Below, in pieces: positions 37,421-46,814 of a DNA stretch of 64,000 bases. The notes beneath the pieces are model-generated. The model saw nothing but the letters and a program-made list of their open reading frames with translations, was not told where the DNA came from and searched no databases. A program made the position numbers and the translations under genes. The stretch is taken from positions 1 to 64,000 of IMG/VR virus record IMGVR_UViG_3300033486_000001, one strand, 5' to 3'. Within the stretch, counting starts at the first letter, position 1; each line of letters starts with the position of its first letter. This DNA is from a virus (taxonomy: Duplodnaviria > Caudoviricetes).

Positions 37421-39166
37421 TTAAACGTGATCGTCCGCGGGATTGTCGTTGACCGTCCGCATGTAATTCGCGCTGTCGCGAGCTTCGGCGTGATCCACTT
37501 CAGTATCACGGACGAATACGCAAACGCCACCGCAAGTTCCGAGAAGTGACGCAATGGAGATAGAATTACGAATCGCCTCCAACACTGCCGGAACAGAGTC
37601 AAGAAGACCTTCCTTAAACGCGTCGACGTACTCTCCTTCCAGGATGTCGTAGACGGTCGACTTACTCCCGCGCATTGCAGAAATCAAACCTTCGACCTCG
37701 TCGATGTGGTATCCGGCGTTCATGTAAAGGCGGTTGATCGGCTCCTGCAACGATGGGACCAAAACTTCACGCAACATCGCATCGTGGGTCAAAAGCGACT
37801 GCAATTGCAGCAACATCCACCCGCCAGCCGGAAGTGCCCCGTGCTCGATGGCGCCACGGACCGCGCAAATCGCATCGTCGACGCGGTCGCGCTTCTCGCG
37901 GAGCTCTCCACCACTCGCGCCAACGACAGTGAGGCGAGCAACGCCGCCGCTCACCTTCCCCAGGCGCTCGGAAACGATGTGCTGGTCCAACTTACTCAGT
38001 CCGCCGATTTCGAGCTGCTTCGAGAGCTGATCGACACGCTCCAACACGCGAAGCTCGTCGGCGAACCCAATGATCGTAGAACGGAACCGAGCCGCTTCGA
38101 ACGCTGGCGTGTGCCCGAGGTCCTCGACTTGACCCTCCGACAATGGCTTGTTGATTGGGTCAAAGATGACACCACCGGTCACCGCCGCGAGGTCGGCTAA
38201 GAAATCGTACTGCCCCGACTGCATCTGGCTGAGAGGCGCGGTAAGCGGGTAGACGTTTAGCGAACCGGGTTCACGGAAGTTGACGGACAGATGCCCAAGT
38301 ACGCTCTCTGAAACCCCGCACGACACGAACACGACATTCTGAGAAATTTGTCCGGCCTGTGCAGCTTGGATGATTTGATCGAACAACTTGAGCGCGTCGT
38401 AGATGTCGTTGAGCTTCCCGTGGTATAAGATGTACGACGGCTTCTCGAAGGAACAGAGTTGTCGAGAGACGTCGTTGATGAAGTTTTGGTAGAACTTACC
38501 GCACGCGTCTTCGTACCCGGTGGAAATTTGATAGCCATCGATCTTGTCGACGCGATATCCCGCCGGACCACTCTCTTCGACCACTGTGATGTTACCTTTG
38601 TCGCCTGTTAGGTCGAAACATTCAAGTACGGCGTCCGCTAGCGCCTTGTCGCCGTTAGCCGATACCTTGGCGACGGCATGAAGAAGCTTACGCCCTTGCT
38701 TCGACGACAGAGACACCTTTTTGGCGGACTTGTGGATGGCCGGCTCAATCGTATTCTTGAATGCCGCTTCAAGAGTGCGAACGACTCGCTGAGGAGAAAC
38801 CTTCGGGTTTCGCTCGCAATACTCCTGCGTGTAACGAACAATAGCCTCCGCAAGAATTGCGCTCGAAGTCGTTCCGTCGCCGGCAGAAGCTGCAGTTCGG
38901 ACGCTGCAGTCTCGAGCGGATTCCATAATGACTTGCTTGACGGAATCCTGGAATCCCATGTTGTTGAAGGCGGTTACCCCGTCCTTGCTCAAAAATGGAG
39001 GTAAAAGCTCCTCCTGCCGCTCAATTATAACAGACAGCCCACCAGGGCCAAGGGTGCTACCAACGAGGTCGGAGCACGTCTTCATGGTCTCACGGATGAC
39101 TCGCTGCAGTTCCGGACCACGAGTCAGCATTTTTTTGGGGGCAGATTTGGCTTTTTGGTGTTGCAT
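37421..39166 (-). CDS. groEL: GroEL-like chaperonin
   Basis: STLGPGG, SKDGVT, AGDGTTS, SANGD, ERLGKVSGGVA, KRDRVDDA, PAGG, LLDSVPA. Confidence 0.92.
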   Translation of the reverse strand: MQHQKAKSAPKKMLTRGPELQRVIRETMKTCSDLVGSTLGPGGLSVIIERQEELLPPFLSKDGVTAFNNMGFQDSVKQVIMESARDCSVRTAASAGDGTTSSAILAEAIVRYTQEYCERNPKVSPQRVVRTLEAAFKNTIEPAIHKSAKKVSLSSKQGRKLLHAVAKVSANGDKALADAVLECFDLTGDKGNITVVEESGPAGYRVDKIDGYQISTGYEDACGKFYQNFINDVSRQLCSFEKPSYILYHGKLNDIYDALKLFDQIIQAAQAGQISQNVVFVSCGVSESVLGHLSVNFREPGSLNVYPLTAPLSQMQSGQYDFLADLAAVTGGVIFDPINKPLSEGQVEDLGHTPAFEAARFRSTIIGFADELRVLERVDQLSKQLEIGGLSKLDQHIVSERLGKVSGGVARLTVVGASGGELREKRDRVDDAICAVRGAIEHGALPAGGWMLLQLQSLLTHDAMLREVLVPSLQEPINRLYMNAGYHIDEVEGLISAMRGSKSTVYDILEGEYVDAFKEGLLDSVPAVLEAIRNSISIASLLGTCGGVCVFVRDTEVDHAEARDSANYMRTVNDNPADDHV

Positions 39167-39191
39167 TAGGGCTCCTGTGAGAGTTTCTCTT

Positions 39192-39201
39192 AGTATACCA
39201 C
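39192..39201 (-). promoter_or_regulatory. Extended -10 GTGGTATACT upstream of GroEL
   Basis: Repeated motif; leader carries SD CAGGAG. Confidence 0.6.
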
Positions 39202-39211
39202 AACGCCGAGA

Positions 39212-39484
39212 CTAGTACCGATCTTGAATGACCTTTACGGCAGCGGAGATATCTAGGTCAGATATGTATTGCAACAAGAGATCAACAATAGTCTCGTAGT
39301 CGGGGGCAAGGAAACCTCTATCGTCTACAAGTATGCCCCCTTCAAGTCCACCTTGCAGGGCCATCAAGAGCGAGCTCTTCTTGTTTGCCACACACACATT
39401 CTCCTCGCCATACGGCCCGACCATGCCTTCTCGAAAGGAGCGGAGATATCGGTCTGGCAATACGGTTTTCTTTTTGGTGGTCAT
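39212..39484 (-). CDS. Hypothetical protein
   Basis: TAATG-coupled start. Confidence 0.55.
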   Translation of the reverse strand: MTTKKKTVLPDRYLRSFREGMVGPYGEENVCVANKKSSLLMALQGGLEGGILVDDRGFLAPDYETIVDLLLQYISDLDISAAVKVIQDRY

Positions 39485-40056
39485 TACGCATACCACTTCT
39501 CGATGGCATTAAAAGCCTCAGAGATTTTGGGGTCTCCAATAAGCTTCAGTAGCAACTCGTCGGCTGTGACGTGGTCACCTTCTGGTTCTCCGTTGGGGTT
39601 GCTCTTCCATCCGGTCTTTGCATCGTAGACTGGAGCCATGCCCTGGAGTCGCTTCAGAATTTCAGCCTTATTCTTCTGTCGCAGACCGGCCATCTCACTC
39701 AAGCCTTCGACAGTCTCGCACATCTCGTTGAGCTCTAGATGTTGAGTGGCAAAATCTTCAGACAGCTCATCGTACTCCGCTCGCAACACCTTGTACTTTT
39801 TCTCTGCCTCTACCTGCTTGGTCCACAATTCCATCTCTTTTGGGGTCATTTTCTCAAGCCCTCTTTCAATCGACTCAAACGCTTCAGTTATTTCCGGGTC
39901 GTCAATCAAGCCCAACAATATTCGAACGGCAAACGAGTAATCCCTCTTGGGGTTGCGCCCACACGTAGCTCCAGTACCGGTGTTACGGCCGTACGTGTAA
40001 GCCATATCTTGCAGCGGCTGCAAGATCGCATTACGTTTCTTCTTTTTGGGGCTCAT
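39484..40056 (-). CDS. Hypothetical protein with a duplicated helical motif
   Basis: LLGLIDDPEITEAFESIE and LLKLIGDPKISEAFNAIEKWYA. Confidence 0.6.
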   Translation of the reverse strand: MSPKKKKRNAILQPLQDMAYTYGRNTGTGATCGRNPKRDYSFAVRILLGLIDDPEITEAFESIERGLEKMTPKEMELWTKQVEAEKKYKVLRAEYDELSEDFATQHLELNEMCETVEGLSEMAGLRQKNKAEILKRLQGMAPVYDAKTGWKSNPNGEPEGDHVTADELLLKLIGDPKISEAFNAIEKWYA

Positions 40057-40730
40057 TTTTTACCTGCCGTAGTCTTCTCGAGGATTTTGAGTAACGCTGC
40101 ATCTACATCAACCGGCGACATCGACTTGATTTCTTTGGACTGCCCTTCAATTACCTCGCCCTTGTCCTCCGTACGATGCGTATGAAGAATCTCCCCCGAC
40201 ACGTTCTTATCCTTATCCTGTCCGGTGAGACGAAGCAAGAGCTCCAGCGTTTGCTGGTACGCCTTCAGTGTCATTTGCCCCTTCAAGTCACCAAGGTCTT
40301 CTTCCTTACCGGTCTGCAAGAATCGGCGCAGCTTCTCTCCGTTCAACTTATTGAATGCGGCAGCCCACAAACTCACGAACTGAACCGACTCGAGCTGGCT
40401 CGCCTGCACGGTTTCGTGGATCCGCTCCACTAGACCTTCGGTGTAGTCCTTACGCTTGAGATCCCAATCATTATCCATCTTGGCGCGGACAATCATTCCC
40501 ATCGTAAAAGATGGGTTCATCGCTTGGATGTCCTTAGTGGAACACCCGCGCAAATAGAGGTTGTAGAACTGCTGTGCGGTCGCAGGAGACACCGGCGGCT
40601 TGCCAGACGACATGTACTCGAGGTACACTTCCTTTTCTTCCGGCTCCAAAGCCTCAAAACGCCCCTCGGCGGTATCGAGGTTTGCCATTTGCTTACGCGC
40701 CCTACGCTCCAAACGTGACTCACGCGCCAT
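40053..40730 (-). CDS. Putative terminase small subunit
   Basis: N-terminal HTH-like segment, helical core, and C-terminal LTGQDKDKNVSGEILHTH resembling TerS tails. Confidence 0.45.
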   Translation of the reverse strand: MARESRLERRARKQMANLDTAEGRFEALEPEEKEVYLEYMSSGKPPVSPATAQQFYNLYLRGCSTKDIQAMNPSFTMGMIVRAKMDNDWDLKRKDYTEGLVERIHETVQASQLESVQFVSLWAAAFNKLNGEKLRRFLQTGKEEDLGDLKGQMTLKAYQQTLELLLRLTGQDKDKNVSGEILHTHRTEDKGEVIEGQSKEIKSMSPVDVDAALLKILEKTTAGKK

Positions 40731-40947
40731 TTTTGACCTCCTGGACTTCTACTTGGTTGTATGGGGCGTGACACTCGTTACCGCTAGCAATCGACTCGTA
40801 GGTTTCCCACTCAACGTCTTCCGCGTCGTGCTCACCCCACACATTATATTTATCCCACGCCGCCGCCTTCGCCGAAGCTTTATTTTTCGCCTCTACCTTA
40901 AAAAGGAGTCGACCTGCGATAGGGATGGTCACGTAGTAAGTCTTCAT
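40720..40947 (-). CDS. Hypothetical protein
   Basis: SD GAGGA; tiles. Confidence 0.6.
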   Translation of the reverse strand: MKTYYVTIPIAGRLLFKVEAKNKASAKAAAWDKYNVWGEHDAEDVEWETYESIASGNECHAPYNQVEVQEVKNGA

Positions 40948-41330
40948 GGAGTCCTCTTGATTGTTACTTTGGTATTTGGATTGAAACCAGCTAATGGATT
41001 CATATCAGACTTTGAAACATCTTGCAAGCGTGTGCCACGATAAATCACTGTGCGAGCACGCTTGACCACCACCAACCACGCCTCGCCGAACAAATCCTGC
41101 ACCGATCGCTCCAACCTGAATAGGAGCTGCGGTTTTTCGATATTCTTTTTTGGGGGCAAAGTCAATACGAACGTAATGGTCTGCTCGTCTTGGTCGACCA
41201 CGATTTTGTGCTTGACTGATTCCGGAAAAAACAACTTCGGCCACACGTTGATGGTCTTGAGTTGCCAATCCGCGATATGCAGGCCGGTGTTTGACAACAA
41301 TCGCTGATGCTCGACAAGTTCTTGACTCAA
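40944..41330 (-). CDS. Hypothetical protein
   Basis: Coupled to the SbcD stop. Confidence 0.6.
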   Translation of the reverse strand: MSQELVEHQRLLSNTGLHIADWQLKTINVWPKLFFPESVKHKIVVDQDEQTITFVLTLPPKKNIEKPQLLFRLERSVQDLFGEAWLVVVKRARTVIYRGTRLQDVSKSDMNPLAGFNPNTKVTIKRTP

Positions 41331-42325
41331 AGCAAACCTCCTAGTCGGTCCTGCACCATTTTCTCGAGAACTTCAGTTGAAGTCCCATGCTTTGCCTGGT
41401 ACCCACCAACAAATGTCTTGATGGCAGCACCGATCCCCATGGACTCTCGTACTGCCGACTTCGCCGTGTTTACTGGAAAAGTTCTCACGCGACACCCACT
41501 CCACTTCGCACGTCGCTCTTGGATGAATTTGGCATCACCATGAATGTCGACGATGTAGCGCCACTTGGGATTGATTTCAAGTTGCAATGGATTCTCAATT
41601 CGGTCTTCGAATCGGAGGATCTTGTTACAAAACTGTTTGGTTTCTACGGATTTGATTACTTTGGCTCCCTTAGGTCCGAATTCAATTACGTTCACCGAGC
41701 GCTCGATGTTGGCGTCAGAGGCCGTGCGCCATCGTGGCGCTCCGGGGTAAAAAACGTCACAGCCGAACACTGCTAGGCCGTCAGAAACTTGGTCGAACCG
41801 GTATGGCGTATGCATGTGGCCGACGACAAAGCTTTTGTCCTGTACATCTTCCAACGAAGCAGCATCCGGAGCGTAAAAACCGTTGTCGTAGCGGGAACCT
41901 TGCACGGCTTGGTGTGCAACCACACACTTTGCGCTAGAACTTCGAACGGCACGCAAAAACGATTCGTTGTCGTGCGTATATGGCATGAACAACACGCCGT
42001 CTAGGTCCGTCGGCTTGTCTACCACTGTAATAGCATCGACGTGAGCCAACATCGAATGATTCGGACTAGAGCCCGCCGCCGCCAGATCGTGATTACCGAC
42101 CAAAGCGATTACTGGGGTTGTATGGAGTGCAGCAAAAGCTTGTCGCCACCACGCCATCACTTCACAATTCACTAGCTTGTGGTTGTGATACTGATCGCCC
42201 AAGAAAATTACGGTGTCGACTTTTTCGTCGACAACGATCGGCAAAATACCGTCGATTAGAGCTTGGCAGTCGTCAAGTTCCCCTTCGACGGCATGCACGT
42301 CACCTATAACGAGAGAGCGCATCAT
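41327..42325 (-). CDS. SbcD/Mre11/gp47-like nuclease
   Basis: IGDVH, FLGDQY, VGNHD, VAHQ, VGHMH, YPGAP. Confidence 0.85.
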   Translation of the reverse strand: MMRSLVIGDVHAVEGELDDCQALIDGILPIVVDEKVDTVIFLGDQYHNHKLVNCEVMAWWRQAFAALHTTPVIALVGNHDLAAAGSSPNHSMLAHVDAITVVDKPTDLDGVLFMPYTHDNESFLRAVRSSSAKCVVAHQAVQGSRYDNGFYAPDAASLEDVQDKSFVVGHMHTPYRFDQVSDGLAVFGCDVFYPGAPRWRTASDANIERSVNVIEFGPKGAKVIKSVETKQFCNKILRFEDRIENPLQLEINPKWRYIVDIHGDAKFIQERRAKWSGCRVRTFPVNTAKSAVRESMGIGAAIKTFVGGYQAKHGTSTEVLEKMVQDRLGGLL

Positions 42326-42588
42326 TCCGCCTTCTTATACAAAGACATTTCGGCATAACGAATTTTCAATGAGCCTAACTCTACTAGAACTAGGTCTAGA
42401 CTTTGTTCGGCCTTAAGGGCTCTGGACGTCCAGTCTAGCAAGACGCGCTCCATCTTTTGCTTAAACTCAGATGAACGCCTTTGCTCTTCATAGAGCTCCA
42501 CCTCAAGTTCCTGGAACTTCTGCTCCAGCCACGCAGAGTCTGTTCTCGCTTCACCTTCGCATGTTTCTCCTGCAGCGAGCGTGGTCAT
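42322..42588 (-). CDS. Coiled-coil hypothetical protein
   Basis: Overlapping start and stop on both sides. Confidence 0.55.
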   Translation of the reverse strand: MTTLAAGETCEGEARTDSAWLEQKFQELEVELYEEQRRSSEFKQKMERVLLDWTSRALKAEQSLDLVLVELGSLKIRYAEMSLYKKAE

Positions 42589-42848
42589 TGTTTAGACCCA
42601 GCCTGCCCAAAGTAGTCCGAAACGTTTTGCGCCGCAACGCGGTTCGCCTCATCGGCGTTTGCCCTCATCAAGGTGTGCAACTGCGTAGCCTTTTGACACC
42701 AGTCGACAGGGCCGGCGTTTGCAGGAAGAGCCGATCGAACCAAATCGTCAAATTGTTTCGGAGAAGTACCGGTACTAAACAAGAGTGCTGTACGACGTAT
42801 AGCGCAATACGTCTTTCGGTCAATGTCAATGGCGTTGTGGCCGGTCAT
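42585..42848 (-). CDS. Hypothetical protein
   Basis: SD AAGGGG before ATG 42848. Confidence 0.55.
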   Translation of the reverse strand: MTGHNAIDIDRKTYCAIRRTALLFSTGTSPKQFDDLVRSALPANAGPVDWCQKATQLHTLMRANADEANRVAAQNVSDYFGQAGSKQ

Positions 42849-42849
42849 T

Positions 42850-43086
42850 TTAACCCCTTGTCCGATCAATCAACTCGAGCAACTCTTCCTTGAGCATATC
42901 TACAGATACTCTGTCGTCACGACGATCAATTTCGAGCGAGTCAATTCGTTCAGTCAGAAGTCGGACGTGCGCCTTCGCTTCGTCAAGTTCAAGACGCAAC
43001 ATCTCGACTTCCGCCTCCATGCCGGAGACTTCCTTAAACGGAGGTGGCGGGTATGGCATCAACCTCGGAGGTGAAAATCGCATCAC
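42850..43086 (-). CDS. Coiled-coil hypothetical protein
   Basis: Tiles with neighbours. Confidence 0.55.
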   Translation of the reverse strand: MMRFSPPRLMPYPPPPFKEVSGMEAEVEMLRLELDEAKAHVRLLTERIDSLEIDRRDDRVSVDMLKEELLELIDRTRG

Positions 43087-43538
43087 TTCGCCCCGATCGC
43101 GTCAGTGTAATTCCCGGATATGCTAGTCATACCATTGCCATCGACAAGAATCGCGGTAGGAACCAAGGTCATTCCACTGCCAGAAGTCTTGAGGGTCTGA
43201 CGACTAGGAACGTTCACATACAACTCCTCCACAAGCTGAATAAAATTCTTGGGGACCAGAATGAACGTCTTGTCGCCAATACTGTAGACGTCCTTGGCCC
43301 ACTGCTGGGTGTACAAATCTCCGCGCAACCACACCTTGACACCTGGAGCGTACTGCTCACAACCCTCTCCGGATGCAGGAAAGACCACTTCGAGTTGTTG
43401 CAGATCGATCTTGTTGGCGATTAGCACCATCCCTCCGACTACCTTCTTTTCGATGTGGCGGGCTGGGAATGGCGTACAAGCCACGAGGCCGTTGGTGGTA
43501 GAAATCGCAGACGTTTCATTTGTGGAACTGGTGGTCAT
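43083..43538 (-). CDS. GroES-like co-chaperonin
   Basis: Mobile-loop-like EKKVVGGMVLI; PGVKVWL...IGDKTFILVPKNFIQLVE resembles GroES VGDIVIF...IDNEEVLIMSESDILAIVE. Confidence 0.6.
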   Translation of the reverse strand: MTTSSTNETSAISTTNGLVACTPFPARHIEKKVVGGMVLIANKIDLQQLEVVFPASGEGCEQYAPGVKVWLRGDLYTQQWAKDVYSIGDKTFILVPKNFIQLVEELYVNVPSRQTLKTSGSGMTLVPTAILVDGNGMTSISGNYTDAIGAK

Positions 43539-44596
43539 GATAGCGTTATCCCTTTCAAGCGCAGCATCTTTTGCTCTACCACGGACAAACTCTTGAGTCC
43601 AGCATGAATTGTGGCCAGAGCCTGCGTCCGCTCGACAATCACGTCTGGACGGTGCTCTTCGTCATCCATGTAACACTCGAGAGTGGTATCGCCAGTCTCT
43701 TGGTCAACCGCGCAATCACCTGAAACGTGGCTGGCTGCAGCAAGGAGGCCTTGGATTTCGGGGCCGGTCACATGGTATTTTTCCGGGATGTTTTCGTTGA
43801 CGGCAGCTACAACCAGGTCGATATCGGCGTTCTTGTCGAGAAACCTGGAGGCCTTATGGGCACGATACACGCGTCGTGCGTCTACAGGCCATAGGTGCAA
43901 AAGTGTGGAATTGTAGGCCTCTATCCTATCTCCGCACATACGCCCGAGGGCGACGCTTCTGAATACTTTGTACGCGGCCAGTTCTTCCTCATTAGTCATG
44001 TTGTCGTGGGTATTGGGGTTAAATTTGTCAATCGCAACCTGTAACCCTATTGTATGGGTCTGTATTAGATCCAGGAACGACATGTGAGATCGAGGGGTTT
44101 GGTTCCAGAATGTGCGACAATAGCTGATCGCCAAAGGCAGATTCATGGTCATGATTTCGACGCGCATTTTTTCGATTTCTCGGATGGTGGCGCGAATTTC
44201 AGGAGTCAATGTAGGTCCGGCGGAGTTCAACACCCACTTGGCAAATTGGTAATTCAGCTTGTATGGGTGCAGCCCAGCGCCATTCCGGTCCTTGAAGAGC
44301 TGCGAAATCTCAGCAGAAAAACGCTCTTGGCGCTCGCGGAAGAAGGGCCGACTCGAAAGAATATTCCGCTTCTCGGTGCAGATATATGTGATGAATGAGT
44401 CGTACACACTTGCACCGTAAACCTCCCACAATTGATCTTGAAGTTTCCGTTCAGAGGCGATAAGGGACTTCAACTGCCGACGCTGAGTGTGTAGGCGGTC
44501 GACTTCATCGGTTTTTGGGATTCGACCGATCGCTGCCGTCAAACTCTTGGCAAAGCTCTTAAAATAGACGTCGCTTGTGTCATAGCCACCAATCAT
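43535..44596 (-). CDS. Phage sigma70-family factor ending in region 4.1 (no 4.2 HTH)
   Basis: Region 2: MNLPLAISYC...DLIQTHTIGLQVAIDKFNP; region 3.2-like HVSGD; ends LKSLSVVEQKMLRLKGITLS*. Confidence 0.8.
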   Translation of the reverse strand: MIGGYDTSDVYFKSFAKSLTAAIGRIPKTDEVDRLHTQRRQLKSLIASERKLQDQLWEVYGASVYDSFITYICTEKRNILSSRPFFRERQERFSAEISQLFKDRNGAGLHPYKLNYQFAKWVLNSAGPTLTPEIRATIREIEKMRVEIMTMNLPLAISYCRTFWNQTPRSHMSFLDLIQTHTIGLQVAIDKFNPNTHDNMTNEEELAAYKVFRSVALGRMCGDRIEAYNSTLLHLWPVDARRVYRAHKASRFLDKNADIDLVVAAVNENIPEKYHVTGPEIQGLLAAASHVSGDCAVDQETGDTTLECYMDDEEHRPDVIVERTQALATIHAGLKSLSVVEQKMLRLKGITLS

Positions 44597-44630
44597 CTGT
44601 ATTCTCGATTCTCTATGCTACGTTATGACT

Positions 44631-45572
44631 CTAGTATACCACAAGCCATTCGAGAATCTTCTTGATGGTTCCAGCGCGATCTGCTTCGTACTCCGCCTCT
44701 GGGATTCTCAAGAGTTGAATGCCAGCTTCGGCGCATTGCTCGTTTTTACGTCGGTCTTTATCTTCGCTGCCCGGCAGTGAGTGCCAATATACCCCGTCGT
44801 ACTCAATGGCTTTTTTGAGAGATGGGATGTAGATGTCGAGTTCAAGACGTTTGTAGCGTAAAACGCTTCTGACTCCACTGACCGCATCCGTATATTTTTC
44901 TTTGATGTCACTGAAGATGGCTAACTCGGCCTTGGAGTGACGATGGGTGCAACGGGAACAACCTTGCGGCTTACCCGGCTTAGTCCTGTTATTCGGAGAC
45001 GAAAACCATACGTGCCCTTTCGAACAAATCCACTTTCGCTTTTCTTTGGCTCCATAGGGGGTGTCGCAGAACCTCTCTTCGTTGTCTGGATGCCACTCTT
45101 TCTCTAGATGGGGAGCTTTTGTCGCCAACGAATTCGCGGCGGAGACTCGATGTCCGCTACATTCCGGACAACCACTACGGCTCTTTCCAGCTCTAGTACA
45201 GGGGACTGCCCACCATACGTGCCCTTTAGAGCACACCCACTCTCGCTTGGGCCACGAAGCTCTGGCAAACACGCCATCAAACGGCTCTGTATTGTTCGGT
45301 CCCCATTCCGACCTAAGCCAAGGGGCTTTTGTCGCCAAAGAGCGTTCGATTGGTACGATCTTAAAACACTCGCTACATCCAGTGCCTCTGTCACGTCTAA
45401 TCCGTTTACGTACAGTTGCCTCCCATTTATGACCTAGAGGGCATATCCACAAACACTTCTCTTTGTAGACGAGTGTCACATCATCAAAACTGACAGTATT
45501 CTCCGGGCTCCACTCGGATCTCAAGTGGGGTGCCTTGATAGCCAACGAATTTGGTTTGCGGCCCGCCATCAC
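44631..45572 (-). CDS. Zinc-ribbon-repeat endonuclease (Vsr/EDxHD-like), putative homing endonuclease, paralog 1
   Basis: Three W.C..GH.W...C..C repeats plus ELDIYIPSLKKAIEYDGVYWH. Confidence 0.8.
   Translation of the reverse strand: MMAGRKPNSLAIKAPHLRSEWSPENTVSFDDVTLVYKEKCLWICPLGHKWEATVRKRIRRDRGTGCSECFKIVPIERSLATKAPWLRSEWGPNNTEPFDGVFARASWPKREWVCSKGHVWWAVPCTRAGKSRSGCPECSGHRVSAANSLATKAPHLEKEWHPDNEERFCDTPYGAKEKRKWICSKGHVWFSSPNNRTKPGKPQGCSRCTHRHSKAELAIFSDIKEKYTDAVSGVRSVLRYKRLELDIYIPSLKKAIEYDGVYWHSLPGSEDKDRRKNEQCAEAGIQLLRIPEAEYEADRAGTIKKILEWLVVY
44633..44642 (-). promoter_or_regulatory. Extended -10 GTGGTATACT upstream of the sigma gene
   Basis: Encoded by the last codons of the upstream endonuclease gene. 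Confidence 0.6.
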
Positions 45573-45757
45573 ACCGGCTCGAGTTCATCCCAACAAAACA
45601 TACTGGTATTATCCCCGTCCGGCAGAGTGCACTTAACGATGCACGGGTATTCGTACCCGTAAGCGAAGTCGATAATGACCCCGACGACCCCGTAAAAAAT
45701 CCCACCTTCACCGGTATAGTTGATTCGGACTTTCGTGCCTATGTTAAGATTTTCCAT
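45569..45757 (-). CDS. Small SH3/KOW-like hypothetical protein
   Basis: IGTKVRI...GVVGVII pattern. Confidence 0.55.
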   Translation of the reverse strand: MENLNIGTKVRINYTGEGGIFYGVVGVIIDFAYGYEYPCIVKCTLPDGDNTSMFCWDELEPV

Positions 45758-45764
45758 GGTGGGC

Positions 45765-46127
45765 TCAATGTCCGAAGTTGCATCCGACCGCGTAGGTCTT
45801 ATCGTCTGGGGCTACCACCACCCGGTCCCAGCTTCCGCAACATCCATTCCTACGAGCCTTAACGTAAACTTCCGCCTGCTTGGGATTACCCAACTCGGCC
45901 CAGCGGTAATTATCTACGCAATCCTCGTCCTCCATCTCGAGTTCGATGTAATTCTTCAGCCAATTGGCGATGTGCTGTTCCGGGGTAGCCGAGTACTGTT
46001 TAGTTTTCATGATGTCCATGTATCTCATTTTTGATTCACTGTCAAGTGCCGAAACACCTTCACTTGCTACGCGTTTGAAGGCATTCTGTCTCCCACGACC
46101 TCTTGAACTCATCTGCCGTTGCATCAA
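45765..46127 (-). CDS. Hypothetical protein (start uncertain)
   Basis: C-terminal GCCGSWD...YAVGCNFGH. Confidence 0.5.
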   Translation of the reverse strand: MMQRQMSSRGRGRQNAFKRVASEGVSALDSESKMRYMDIMKTKQYSATPEQHIANWLKNYIELEMEDEDCVDNYRWAELGNPKQAEVYVKARRNGCCGSWDRVVVAPDDKTYAVGCNFGH

Positions 46128-46154
46128 CGGCTAGGGGGTTTTCTGGAGTCTCTC

Positions 46155-46550
46155 TCACTTGACCGACTCCTTGAATTCCTTCACGGTCATCTTGCCATAC
46201 CCACCCAAACGAATATACAATTTCGTGGCCAGCGCTGTGTTCGGATTGTCTAGCACGAGCTCACGGATGTACTTGAGCGGATCAGGAGCGAGAATGTCCA
46301 ATGCTTCTTCTGGTGAATGAACGTTGGCCGCTACGGCTTCTCGGATCCGAAATTGGGGATGCCGAGCCCACCTTAACAACTTTTCTGGATCTGTCGATGA
46401 ATCCACCGCCTCCACCGCCGCGACTTCATCTTCGTACAGATCCATCCATAAATTGACTGGAACTAATTGATAACGATACAAATAATCATTCTGAATGGTT
46501 TTGGGGAGCTTATCGAATCTGTAGGGTCTTGTGACTCTTGTGCCGCTCAT
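46155..46550 (-). CDS. LRV/HEAT-like repeat protein carrying the shared C-terminal motif
   Basis: STDPEKLL, IREAVAANVHSP, VLDNPNT; ends GYGKMTVKEFKESVK. Confidence 0.7.
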   Translation of the reverse strand: MSGTRVTRPYRFDKLPKTIQNDYLYRYQLVPVNLWMDLYEDEVAAVEAVDSSTDPEKLLRWARHPQFRIREAVAANVHSPEEALDILAPDPLKYIRELVLDNPNTALATKLYIRLGGYGKMTVKEFKESVK

Positions 46551-46780
46551 AGCTTCACCGTTTTCTCTGATGGGACTCTCCACTCCACCAAGCCGCCCCC
46601 GCTAGGAGCCCACCGAGATTCAATCAAGCCAGCCTTCATAGCCGCCACCAAGAATCTCCACATGCGCGCCTTAGTGGCAGGACGCCAAGGTTCGGTTTCG
46701 GCGAGAACCCATAGTTGCTCGTACGTCAACCAAGGGAGACCGGCCATCCATTTGATACGTATGTCGTTGGAGTTGATCAT
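46547..46780 (-). CDS. Hypothetical protein
   Basis: SD GGGAG; coupled to the next gene. Confidence 0.55.
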   Translation of the reverse strand: MINSNDIRIKWMAGLPWLTYEQLWVLAETEPWRPATKARMWRFLVAAMKAGLIESRWAPSGGGLVEWRVPSEKTVKL

Positions 46781-46814
46781 AGTTTACTCCCCTTGCCCGA
46801 GATCCGAGAAAACG

